Shown piece by piece: positions 37,601-45,993 of a stretch of DNA of 64,000 nt. Both the position numbers and the translations under genes were made by a program. Numbering within the stretch: the first letter of the stretch is position 1; each line of letters begins with the position of its first letter. Origin of the DNA: Ignavibacteria bacterium RIFCSPLOWO2_12_FULL_56_21 (GTDB lineage Bacteria; Bacteroidota; Ignavibacteria; UBA10030); assembly GCA_001802945.1 (NCBI GenBank), contig MHAK01000018.1, positions 10,941 through 74,940 on the forward strand. Reading direction: 5' to 3'. Below the pieces are notes generated by a model. That model was not told the origin of the DNA and searched no databases. It saw nothing but the letters and a program-made list of their open reading frames with translations.

Positions 37601-37873
37601 CCCCCAATCGAACGGTATGCGAACGTCTGACCAACCCTTTTCCTTGAATCCCACAAGGTGGGCTTCAGGGAAATTCCCCACTTTCATCCGCCAATCGAGG
37701 AGAGGCAAACGACGGGGAAATATAGCCTTTCGTACATGGGGAAGGATCTGTTCGAGGAGTTCTGTTGCCATTCTGTCAGAACAGGACGACGTTCTTTTGA
37801 AAAAAGGTGGAAGAAGATAAGAAATTCCCAATATCGGGGCAATGGAAAAAAGCGGGCAAATTCTGCATTGCAA
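34661..37873 (-). CDS. Glycoside hydrolase family 38 alpha-mannosidase
   Basis: 1070 aa. GH38 N-terminal catalytic domain (LVGQSHLDVARL, WLPDSSGFPPSLPQIMKKAGINYFFTTKLLWND), central and C-terminal beta-sandwich domains. Confidence 0.88.
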   Translation of the reverse strand: MQCRICPLFSIAPILGISYLLPPFFKRTSSCSDRMATELLEQILPHVRKAIFPRRLPLLDWRMKVGNFPEAHLVGFKEKGWSDVRIPFDWGKNDRNIWFRSSIRIPEEFAGKTIALRLALPDALLYVNGAPLSGVDPQHCEVLLAHKARRNQDFLFAVEAYSDRSDRNHQFGTAELVEVNTTARALTNNLNSLHELEKLLEHGLPGLSEVRELIRRTLIFLKYFSPDGEEYPNAIVRALSFLQSTVATEYTEVRQGSIHLVGQSHLDVARLGRLQETIRKCGRSFSTAIRQLEEFPEYTYSQSQALLYDLAKRHFPPLYKEVRNYVSAGRWETAAATWVEPDCNIPSGESLVRHLLHGMRFLQSEFGQSTEVLWLPDSSGFPPSLPQIMKKAGINYFFTTKLLWNDTTTFPYSSFWWEGLDGSRILVHIPPQGLEARLTPKDLLKTAKAVEVDEDPAPVLQTFGYANGVGVTTEELDVAGVLSKTPGLVPSKLSGPAAFFKELAARSDTFPVWKKELYLEKHRGTYTTHGWIKRANREAERDLYVAEVLTVLRSTLPGASPAWTSDLSRAWKLLLQNQSHNIVTGTSIREAMDDARLDLNEVRKAASTVAAKAARGLLHAGTDTKGSHTFTAFNSLSYSRPTYIEVDVPNVSTGWSVHADDGTPLDFQLLERTKISCKLLVFLPDVPAFGFTSFTVKAAQESPVPSAGTWKMSQRFIETPRLRIRFDNRGGLSSVYDKSIRRELVQKGKRANTLQTFKDVPKEWEAWDLDADVERNKLAVLQFKGSKVVEAGPLRGTLRQEFRTASGTYIVQHIRLFHKTSRVDFETSVRWREHQTLLKAAFPLSVRPPNATYETQFGVVSRPTRSKVPEDKAKFEVPTQRWASLSDGKYGGAVVNDGKYGYDCRDNALRITLLRSPRFPHPIDPRHMTAPETTDQEDHLFTYSLVPFAGDWRSANVTATARGINVPVQVYSGTPLKAQESIFTLNRANIHCTALKISEDGAGVIVRLYEAHGRSTDASIAFGHKPLLVSECDLIERDIKPLPLKGARLGLKFKPFEIKTLRLTLTGKHK

Positions 37874-37995
37874 GTTCCTCTTGTGTCATGTACATTAGGC
37901 GCGTTTACCGCCTTTGCTCGCGTGACGGTTGAACTGCGGCCGTCAAAAACTCCCTTTCCCAAGAACAATCGACGTTCATCACACTTCCTCCTTCC

Positions 37996-39756
37996 ATGCA
38001 AGTCCTCGACTGGTTCATTGTTATCGTCTATTTTGTGTTGAGTGCCGCAATTGGACTGTATTACGCGCGGCGCGCCGGCAAAGATATCAGTGAGTTCTTT
38101 TTGTCCGGCAGAAGTCTGCCATGGTGGCTTGCCGGAACCTCGATGGTGGCCACGACATTCGCGGCCGATACACCGCTCGCCGTCACGGAGCTCGTTGCCC
38201 TCAACGGCATTGCGGGCAACTGGTTGTGGTGGAACTTTGCATTCGGGTCGATCCTTACGGTCTTTTTTTTCGCCCGACTTTGGCGGCGTGCGGGCATCCT
38301 GACGGACGTGGAATTCGTCGAAGTCAGGTATGACGGACGTGCGGCTGCGTTTCTCCGTGGATTCCGTGCGTTGTATCTCGGAGTGTTCATGAATTGCATA
38401 ATCATGGCATGGGTCAATGTCGCCATGGGCGCGATTCTGGAGGGCATGTTTGATATTCCCCATGACAAGGTGATCTTGTATGTGGTCCTTGCCATGCTGA
38501 TCACCGCGGGCTATTCTGCCGCTTCGGGGATGTGGGGCGTCGCCGTTACCGATGCGGTGCAGTTTGTCCTTGCCATGACGGGAACGATCGTGTTGGCCAT
38601 TTTCGTGCTCGACCTTCCGGCCATCGGCGGCATAGCGGGACTTCAGTCGCAGCTGCCCGAGTGGACGTTCCGTTTCGTCCCCGTCATTGGAGATATCGGC
38701 GTCAGTGAAAGCGTTGGCGGAGTGCTTGCACTGAGCGCGGGAACGTTCATGGCGTATGTCGGCCTCCAATGGTGGTCATCCTGGTATCCAGGGGCTGAGC
38801 CGGGGGGTGGAGGCTACATTGCACAGCGAATGATGTCTGCCAAGGATGAAAAGCATTCCCTGTTCGCGACCCTGTGGTTCACTATCGCCCACTACTGTAT
38901 CAGGCCTTGGCCGTGGATACTCGTCGGGCTTTCGTCGCTCGTGCTGTATCCCGACCTTTCCACAGCCGATAAGAAACTCGGCTATGTGTACGCCATGCGC
39001 GATTATCTTCCCTCTGGACTGAAGGGCCTTCTGGTCGCTGCTTTCTTTGCCGCATATATGTCGACGATTGCCACGCAATTGAATTGGGGGACATCCTACA
39101 TTATCAACGATTTCTATAAGCGATTCATCCATCCGAATGCACCGGAGAAGAAGTTGGTCGGTGTGTCGCGCATTTCGACGATCGTTATCATGCTGCTGTC
39201 GGTGGTCGTTACACAGTTCATCGACACTATCTCCGGGGCCTGGACCTTCCTCATTGAAGCAAGCGCCGGGCTGGGATTGGTGCTCATCCTCCGTTGGTTT
39301 TGGTGGCGCGTCAATGCCTGGAGCGAAATAGCAGCAATGCTCACGCCGATCATAGTGTACACCGTGTTGATCACTTTCACGAGTATTGTATTTCCCAGCA
39401 CGATGTTCATCATTGTTGGTATCACGACCGTTGTTTGGGTGGGAGTAACATACTTGACGCCCCCCGTTTCTGCATCCACGCTCGATTCGTTCTTTCGTCG
39501 TGTGCATCCCGGCGGAATAGGCTGGCGCGCAGTGCAGGCCAGAATACCGGAGATTCAAGGCGACGAACACTATGGCGTACTTGCCGGATCTTGGCTCGCA
39601 GGAGTCATCATGGTATATGCCGCCCTTTTTGGGATCGGATCGATCATCTTCGGTGATTACCTGCGGGGTGCAGGGTACGCGGTGGTCGTCGGAGTCTGCG
39701 CATTCTGGATCAATGCGGCCATGAAACGCGTTGGATTTGCGGCCCTCGCGAAATAG
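37996..39756 (+). CDS. Sodium:solute symporter family (SSF) transporter
   Basis: 586 aa, about 13 TM helices, SSF-type N-terminal motifs (GRSLPWWLAGTSMVATTFAADT). Confidence 0.75.
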   Translation: MQVLDWFIVIVYFVLSAAIGLYYARRAGKDISEFFLSGRSLPWWLAGTSMVATTFAADTPLAVTELVALNGIAGNWLWWNFAFGSILTVFFFARLWRRAGILTDVEFVEVRYDGRAAAFLRGFRALYLGVFMNCIIMAWVNVAMGAILEGMFDIPHDKVILYVVLAMLITAGYSAASGMWGVAVTDAVQFVLAMTGTIVLAIFVLDLPAIGGIAGLQSQLPEWTFRFVPVIGDIGVSESVGGVLALSAGTFMAYVGLQWWSSWYPGAEPGGGGYIAQRMMSAKDEKHSLFATLWFTIAHYCIRPWPWILVGLSSLVLYPDLSTADKKLGYVYAMRDYLPSGLKGLLVAAFFAAYMSTIATQLNWGTSYIINDFYKRFIHPNAPEKKLVGVSRISTIVIMLLSVVVTQFIDTISGAWTFLIEASAGLGLVLILRWFWWRVNAWSEIAAMLTPIIVYTVLITFTSIVFPSTMFIIVGITTVVWVGVTYLTPPVSASTLDSFFRRVHPGGIGWRAVQARIPEIQGDEHYGVLAGSWLAGVIMVYAALFGIGSIIFGDYLRGAGYAVVVGVCAFWINAAMKRVGFAALAK

Positions 39757-39767
39757 AACGCGGTCAC

Positions 39768-41519
39768 ATGAATCGAACTCGTCGTATCGCCATTGCTGTT
39801 GGTATTGTTCTTCTCGGTGTGCTTGTCATCTGGATGATGATGCCGCAACCTGCCGATGTCATATTCGTGAATGGAAAGATCCGCACAATGTCCGACAATA
39901 TGCCTCGTGCAGAGGCAATGTCGGTGTACGCGGGAAAGATCGTCGGCGTTGGTTCGACAGAACTGATGAGGCGGAAATTTCGCGCAGTGGAGGAAGTCGA
40001 CCTGGGCGGTTCGGCGGTGCTCCCCGGACTGATCGACGCTCACGCACACTTTCTCTCGCTGGGCATTTCAACGATGACGGTGGACCTTGTCGGCTCAACT
40101 TCCGCGGCGGACGCGGCGGACCGAGTGCGGCAACGGGTGCGGGCAGCCCGGGCCGGACAGTGGATTCGCGGTCGCGGATGGGACCAGAACCTTTGGCCGG
40201 GACGGCAATTTCCGTCGCATGAAACCCTCGACCGTATCGCTCCAGAGCATCCCGTTGTTCTCGGACGCGTTGACGGTCATGCGCTTTGGGTCAATGCGCG
40301 GGCGATGGCATTCGCAGGAATCACGAGGGGGACACCCGATCCACCGGGTGGGCGCATTATCCGTGACGCGAAGGGTATGCCGACGGGAATTCTCATCGAT
40401 AATGCAAAGAATCTCATCGTGAGCGTCATTCCGCTCATATCGGACGCCGAGCGTCAGGAAGCGCTGCTATCGGCGCAGCGGCTGTGTCTGTCCGTTGGAC
40501 TGACCGGCGTGCACGACATGGGTGTAGACACAGCGGATCTCAACGCGATGGTGCGACTTATCGATGATGGTGAACTGCACATACGATTGTATGCAGCCGT
40601 CGGCGGTCCGGGACCATTGTGGGAAAGAATGAAAAGGGAAGGACCTCTCGTCGGGTATGGGCAGGGACGTTTGACGGTGCGTGCACTGAAGCTCTATGCG
40701 GACGGTGCGTTGGGATCGAGAGGTGCGGCGTTGATCGAGCCATATGCAGATGATCCGGAGAATCGAGGCCTGACGGTAACTTCAGAAGGCGAGCTGCGCC
40801 GGTTCACAGACGAAGCCGTCGCCGCGGGTTTCCAAGTGTGCACTCATGCCATTGGCGACCGCGGAAACAATATCATTCTCAATGTGTATGACAGCGTCCT
40901 GGCAAAGTACGGTCAAGCAGATCGGCGACTCCGCGTTGAACATGCACAAGTACTCCACAAGGATGATATTCCACGATTTGCCCAGCTACATGTCCTGCCC
41001 TCAATGCAACCGACCCACTGCACTTCAGACATGTATTGGGCGGAGTCACGCCTGGGCGCTGTGCGTGTAAGGGGTGCGTACGCATGGAGGTCGTTGCTGC
41101 AAACCGAAGTCGTGATTCCTTGCGGTTCAGATTTTCCCGTCGAGCATCCAAACCCGCTGGCAGGCATCTATGCGGCAATAACTCGTCGCGACAAGAACGG
41201 CCAGCCGAAAGGGGCTGCCGAGATGGGCGACGAGTTTCAGTTTTCAAAGGACGGGATCAGAGATTCCTCCGATTTCAGTCACGGATGGTACGGCGGTCAG
41301 CGATTGACGTTGGATGAGGCATTGCGAGGGTTCACGGTGTGGGCGGCATATTCGGCCTTTGAAGAGAACGAACGAGGTTCGATCGAACCGGGAAAGTTGG
41401 CCGACTTTATTCTCCTGTCCAGAGACCTTGACGAAAACGCTCCTGAAAACATACTCACTACTACGGTCCGGGCGACGTATATTGGGGGGCGCAAAGTCTA
41501 CGAGAGAGGTGCCCCATGA
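39768..41519 (+). CDS. Amidohydrolase-3 family metal-dependent hydrolase
   Basis: N-terminal TM/signal, LPGLIDAHAHFLSLG metal-binding motif, C-terminal amidohydrolase barrel motifs. Confidence 0.75.
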   Translation: MNRTRRIAIAVGIVLLGVLVIWMMMPQPADVIFVNGKIRTMSDNMPRAEAMSVYAGKIVGVGSTELMRRKFRAVEEVDLGGSAVLPGLIDAHAHFLSLGISTMTVDLVGSTSAADAADRVRQRVRAARAGQWIRGRGWDQNLWPGRQFPSHETLDRIAPEHPVVLGRVDGHALWVNARAMAFAGITRGTPDPPGGRIIRDAKGMPTGILIDNAKNLIVSVIPLISDAERQEALLSAQRLCLSVGLTGVHDMGVDTADLNAMVRLIDDGELHIRLYAAVGGPGPLWERMKREGPLVGYGQGRLTVRALKLYADGALGSRGAALIEPYADDPENRGLTVTSEGELRRFTDEAVAAGFQVCTHAIGDRGNNIILNVYDSVLAKYGQADRRLRVEHAQVLHKDDIPRFAQLHVLPSMQPTHCTSDMYWAESRLGAVRVRGAYAWRSLLQTEVVIPCGSDFPVEHPNPLAGIYAAITRRDKNGQPKGAAEMGDEFQFSKDGIRDSSDFSHGWYGGQRLTLDEALRGFTVWAAYSAFEENERGSIEPGKLADFILLSRDLDENAPENILTTTVRATYIGGRKVYERGAP

Positions 41520-41592
41520 GCCGGTCGTTTGTTTTTCGCTCGAAAAGTTCGTAGAATCGCATACTTGAACGGTCTTTTCCACCCTCCTTCCG

Positions 41593-42003
41593 ATGCCGTA
41601 TAAAGTTCTGATCGCCGACGACGACGAGGGCCAACGAAAATCGCATGGTTTTGCGCTTGAGGTCGCCACGGCGATCATCGAAGACGAGATCGCGATTGTC
41701 GAAACGGCCAACAGCGTCGACAGTTGGGCAAAGATCAAATCGGAGCAATTCGACCTGATCATCCTTGATAATGATTTTAAGGATACGGGACTGAAAGGCC
41801 ATTTGCCGGGCATTGCCCTGCTCCAATTGGCCAAGAAAGAGGGCCCGAATCGCGCTACACCGACGTTCTTCTGCAGTGCCGATGCCTACGACACGCTTAA
41901 GGCCATGGTCGAAAAACACGGGGGTTTCTACCTGCCCAAGGTCGGGTACGATATTGAAAAGGTGGCACAGCTCTTCGCAGAAAAAATGAAAAAGAAGAAG
42001 TAA
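41593..42003 (+). CDS. Stand-alone response-regulator receiver (REC) domain protein
   Basis: 136 aa; ADDDEG acidic pocket and phospho-acceptor Asp in LIILDNDF; no output domain. Confidence 0.55.
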   Translation: MPYKVLIADDDEGQRKSHGFALEVATAIIEDEIAIVETANSVDSWAKIKSEQFDLIILDNDFKDTGLKGHLPGIALLQLAKKEGPNRATPTFFCSADAYDTLKAMVEKHGGFYLPKVGYDIEKVAQLFAEKMKKKK

Positions 42004-42070
42004 GCAGATTCCGAATATTCGCACGAACCATCCAAGGTCGCCTGTGGCGGCCTTTTTTCTTTCCCAGCTC

Positions 42071-43191
42071 ATGAATTCCCTTACCCGCCGCCGAAATGCC
42101 AGGCTTCATCTTGTTGAAGGGGCGCTGTATGTTGCGAGCGGAGCCTTCCTATCGCCGCAAACAGTGCTACCCGCGCTGATCGTAATGCTAGGGGGGAGGT
42201 CCGGTCGTCGTCGGCATGCTTCCGGTGGTCATGTATTTGGCGATGTTCGTACCGCAACTTGGGGCTGCCGTTCGGATACGACGTCTCCCGTACCGAAAGC
42301 CCTAGACCATTGCCGGCGGTCTCGTACAGCGTTCGATCATTCTAGCTCTATCGTTCGCCGTACTGCTCGCTGCTGTGGTAGAGGGGTCATTGCCGCTTGT
42401 GGTCGTACTCGTGCTCCTGACGCTCAACCAACTCGCAGCCGGCGTGACATCGCCAGCTTGGTTCGAGTTCCTCGTAAAAACGACGGAAACGACAGATCGG
42501 GGAAAACTCATGGGGTGGAGAAATTCAGCCGGCGCGATTCTGGCGTTTGTCAATAGTCTTTTGCTGACAGCGCTGCTGACATGGTTTCCCGATCCATACA
42601 ATTATTCTGCGGTGTTTGCGGCAGCGTTCGCATACCAAATGGCATCGCTGTTGGTGCAAAAACGAGTCGAGGAGTCGCATGCTTCACCGCCTGCAGCCGC
42701 GGACGCACATCTCGGGAGCTTGCATCACGCCATATCAGTACTCCGGAAGGACAGACGGTTCCTCCGCTTTCTTGTTTCTGCCGGGTTTATCACCGGCTGT
42801 ATATAGGGATCATGAATGCTTGGATCGCCCCGTGGTTTCTTTGCAGTCTTCTTGCTGGTGCACTAGCAGGATGTGGAAAAAAGGGCCTTAGAAGAATTTC
42901 ACGCAATGCCGCTATGACCGCAATGGACGCAAAGGGAGAAAATTCACTAAAATCTTATTGCGCCCGCCCTCGGCCGAGCCTGGCCTCGGGCGAGGCCGGG
43001 GAACTTTGCGTAGTCGCAGTACATGGCCCTTTGCGTCATTGCGTGATCTCTTTTTCCGCAAGCTGCTAGTCCCATCGGTCGGATATACCGGAGTTTTTGT
43101 TGGTTCACTGGTCTGCTCGCTGTTCGGAGTAATTTTGCTGATGCGCGTGGAAGACCCCCGGCGGTCTCATCTTGCGCTTTCCTCTGAATAA
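42071..43191 (+). pseudogene. Possible disrupted MFS-type transporter gene (fragments in three reading frames)
   Basis: TM-helix-rich MFS-like fragments at 42071-42200 (frame 2), about 42196-42300 and 42375-42806 (frame 0), and 43045-43191 (frame 1), separated by frameshifts, stops, and an unrelated segment at about 42810-43040. Confidence 0.35.
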
Positions 43192-43235
43192 CTCTACATT
43201 GACAGCATCAGTTCGGCAGTATCTGCATCCATTCC

Positions 43236-43706
43236 GTGTACGAAAAGACTCTCCAAACAGCTGAACGGCTCCTCGCCGTTCGACCTTCGTCGCCGGTCCC
43301 TGTGCGGGATCTGTGGCAATCCGTGTGCAAAGAGGCCCAGGCAGGGAAGATCGAGCCATGTACGCTGCCCGATTTCGCAGCGCTCCTCGAAGCCGACCCC
43401 CGGTTTGAATTCTTTCAGAAAGACTTCTCTGACGAAGAGCTCGATGCGCGCCCTGAATCCGACGGCGACAACGAACTCAAGAGTCTCGGTTTCCTGACGG
43501 AAAGCACGGTCCGGCTGAAGTCCGCCAGGTCCGTCCGTGATGTCGATGAAGAAGAAGAAATCCCAAGTATTTCATTGCGACATTTGTCTGAAACCGCCCC
43601 GTCGCGCATGGTTGGACAGAAAAAGGCCATTTCCCAGAAGGGCCCGAAGAAATCGGCGCCGGTGCATCGATCATCCCGCAAGCGTCGTACCCCCCGCAAA
43701 CGCTGA
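43236..43706 (+). CDS. Hypothetical protein with basic C-terminal tail
   Basis: 156 aa, no recognisable motifs; highly basic C-terminus (SSRKRRTPRKR). Confidence 0.35.
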   Translation: MYEKTLQTAERLLAVRPSSPVPVRDLWQSVCKEAQAGKIEPCTLPDFAALLEADPRFEFFQKDFSDEELDARPESDGDNELKSLGFLTESTVRLKSARSVRDVDEEEEIPSISLRHLSETAPSRMVGQKKAISQKGPKKSAPVHRSSRKRRTPRKR

Positions 43707-43711
43707 CCGAC

Positions 43712-44611
43712 ATGTTCGAAACTTCAACCCGCAGATGGACGGTGCGGGAGTTGATGCGCGTTGCCATTGAGCATTTGCAGCAGCGTGGCGTCGACGAATC
43801 GCGCCTCAGCGTCGAGTTGCTGCTCGCCGATGCCCTAAAATGCCCTCGCATTAGGCTGTACACCAATTTCGATGTACCCGTCACGGCGGCGGAACTTGGA
43901 ACTTTCCGAACGCTGATGCAGCGCAGGCTTCACGGAGAGCCCGTGCAGTACATCGTCGGCTCGACACATTTCATGGGACTGGAGTTTCGGGTCGATCCGC
44001 GGACACTGATCCCGCGTCCGGAGACGGAGACGCTAGTGGAGGCCGTCATCATGTGGGCCAATGATCGACAGGAGGAACGTCCGCCCAGCCTGATCGACAT
44101 CGGAACGGGATGCGGAAACATTGCCGTGTCTTCTGCAAAGCTCGTTCGCCGACTGCAGGCGGTGGCTGTGGACATCAGCGAACCTGCGCTCGATGTTGCG
44201 CGTTCCAACGTGCAATTGCACGGCGTCGGCGATCATGTCGCTTGCCGAGTGTGGGACATTTATTCCGATCCACCCGCAGACGTCCTAGGACGGTTTGATG
44301 CGGTCGTGAGCAATCCTCCATACATTGCCCTCGTCGAATGGGAAGGTCTGCAGCGTGAAGTCCGCGACCACGAACCGCAGCGCGCGTTGACGGACGGCGG
44401 CGACGGATATCGTGCGTTGCGACGGATTATTGACATCGGACCGAGTCTTCTGCGCAACGGTGGCCCGGTAATGCTTGAAGTCGGAGATGGCCAGGCGGAA
44501 GAGATCATCCGTGTCATGCGGAGGGCAGGATATGAGAATGTCATTGCCAAGCCCGATCTACAGGGAACGTATCGGGTGGTGTCGGGAACGATCGTGCGCA
44601 GAAACGGTTGA
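43712..44611 (+). CDS. prmC: Peptide chain release factor N5-glutamine methyltransferase
   Basis: HemK/PrmC family: SAM-binding DIGTGCGNIAV and catalytic NPPY (VVSNPPYIA). Confidence 0.85.
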   Translation: MFETSTRRWTVRELMRVAIEHLQQRGVDESRLSVELLLADALKCPRIRLYTNFDVPVTAAELGTFRTLMQRRLHGEPVQYIVGSTHFMGLEFRVDPRTLIPRPETETLVEAVIMWANDRQEERPPSLIDIGTGCGNIAVSSAKLVRRLQAVAVDISEPALDVARSNVQLHGVGDHVACRVWDIYSDPPADVLGRFDAVVSNPPYIALVEWEGLQREVRDHEPQRALTDGGDGYRALRRIIDIGPSLLRNGGPVMLEVGDGQAEEIIRVMRRAGYENVIAKPDLQGTYRVVSGTIVRRNG

Positions 44612-44614
44612 TCG

Positions 44615-45082
44615 ATGCGGGCGTTGATCCAGCGCGTTGCCCGTTGCACCGTGCGCGTGGAGGGACGTGAAGTTGGATCGATCGGTGCAGGAATGCTCAT
44701 TCTCCTGGGGGTGCGCCGCGATGACACCGAGCAGGACGCGTCCTTCCTCGCACGTAAGTGCGCGAGGCTCAGGATCTTCAGCGACAGCGAAGGGAAGATG
44801 AATATTTCGTTGCGGGACACCGGCGGCAGCGCATTGGTGGTCTCACAATTTACGCTCTACGGCGACACGAAGAGGGGTTTGCGACCGAGTTACACAGATG
44901 CCGCTCCGCCTGTCGACGCTGAACGGCTGTATACTTCTTTTATCATCATGCTTCAATCTGAACTGGGAATGGACCGCGTGGCTGCCGGCATCTTTCGTGC
45001 AGCAATGGAGGTCGAACTTCTGAATGACGGTCCGGTAACGTTGCTTATTGAAAGTACTCCCGATTCGAGTGGTCAGGTGTGA
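44615..45082 (+). CDS. dtd: D-aminoacyl-tRNA deacylase
   Basis: 155 aa; N-terminal MRALIQRV and SQFTLYGD motif of the Dtd family. Confidence 0.88.
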   Translation: MRALIQRVARCTVRVEGREVGSIGAGMLILLGVRRDDTEQDASFLARKCARLRIFSDSEGKMNISLRDTGGSALVVSQFTLYGDTKRGLRPSYTDAAPPVDAERLYTSFIIMLQSELGMDRVAAGIFRAAMEVELLNDGPVTLLIESTPDSSGQV

Positions 45083-45993
45083 AGGTATTCCTGCTTTTTC
45101 TGGACGGCGTCGGCATTGGGACCATGGATCCCGGACGCAATCCATTCTTCCGCGCACGATTGCCGTTTCTCCGATGGTTGCTCGATGGCGATCTCCCGCA
45201 TCTTCGCAGGCGGCGCCTGGAAACCCGCCATGCCGCCCTGATCCCAGTAGATGCAACGCTCCATATGCCGGGTCTTCCACAGAGCGGAACAGGTCAAGCG
45301 ACGATCTTCACAGGCATTAATGCGGCCCGAATGTTCGGACGACATTACGGTCCGTATCCCCCCACCTCGCTCCGGTCCGTCATTGCGGAGCAGAGCATCT
45401 TTCGCCGCGTGCGGGATGCCAATGGCAGCGCCGTGCTGGCGAACGCATTCCCAAAGAAATTCTTTGACTACACTCATGCGGGAACCCGACGCCTGACGGT
45501 CACAACGATGGCCTCCGTGACGGCAGGTATTCCGTTGTTGACGGCTGACGATCTGCATCGCAACAAGGCGGTCTCGGCGGATTTCGTCCGGTCGCGATGG
45601 AAGGAAATGGGACATTCCGCCGTTGAACCCGTCAGCGCAGATGAGTCAGGACGTCATTGTGCTGCGATAATAGCCGAACACGACTTTACGGTATTCGACT
45701 ATTGGCTGACCGATCATGCAGGTCACGAACAAAGTATGGACAAGGCTGTTCGAACGTTGGAATCACTGGATGAATTTCTGGGGGGAGTGGTCCGGTATGC
45801 GGATCTTTCGGACACGCTGATCCTTGCGATCAGTGATCACGGCAACATCGAAGACCTTTCGCTGAAGACGCATACGCGCAACCCCGTCCCATGTCTGCTT
45901 CTGGGTGCGGGACGACAGCTCATGGCTCATCGTATCCGCTCCTTGACGCACATAGCACCGTGTGTCCTTGAGTGCCTGAACATACCACGCTGA
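45079..45993 (+). CDS. Metalloenzyme-superfamily (alkaline-phosphatase-like core) protein, cofactor-independent phosphoglycerate mutase / phosphopentomutase-like
   Basis: N-terminal FLLFLDGVGIG and C-terminal AISDHGNIED metal-binding motifs; overlaps the dtd stop. Confidence 0.5.
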   Translation: MKVFLLFLDGVGIGTMDPGRNPFFRARLPFLRWLLDGDLPHLRRRRLETRHAALIPVDATLHMPGLPQSGTGQATIFTGINAARMFGRHYGPYPPTSLRSVIAEQSIFRRVRDANGSAVLANAFPKKFFDYTHAGTRRLTVTTMASVTAGIPLLTADDLHRNKAVSADFVRSRWKEMGHSAVEPVSADESGRHCAAIIAEHDFTVFDYWLTDHAGHEQSMDKAVRTLESLDEFLGGVVRYADLSDTLILAISDHGNIEDLSLKTHTRNPVPCLLLGAGRQLMAHRIRSLTHIAPCVLECLNIPR

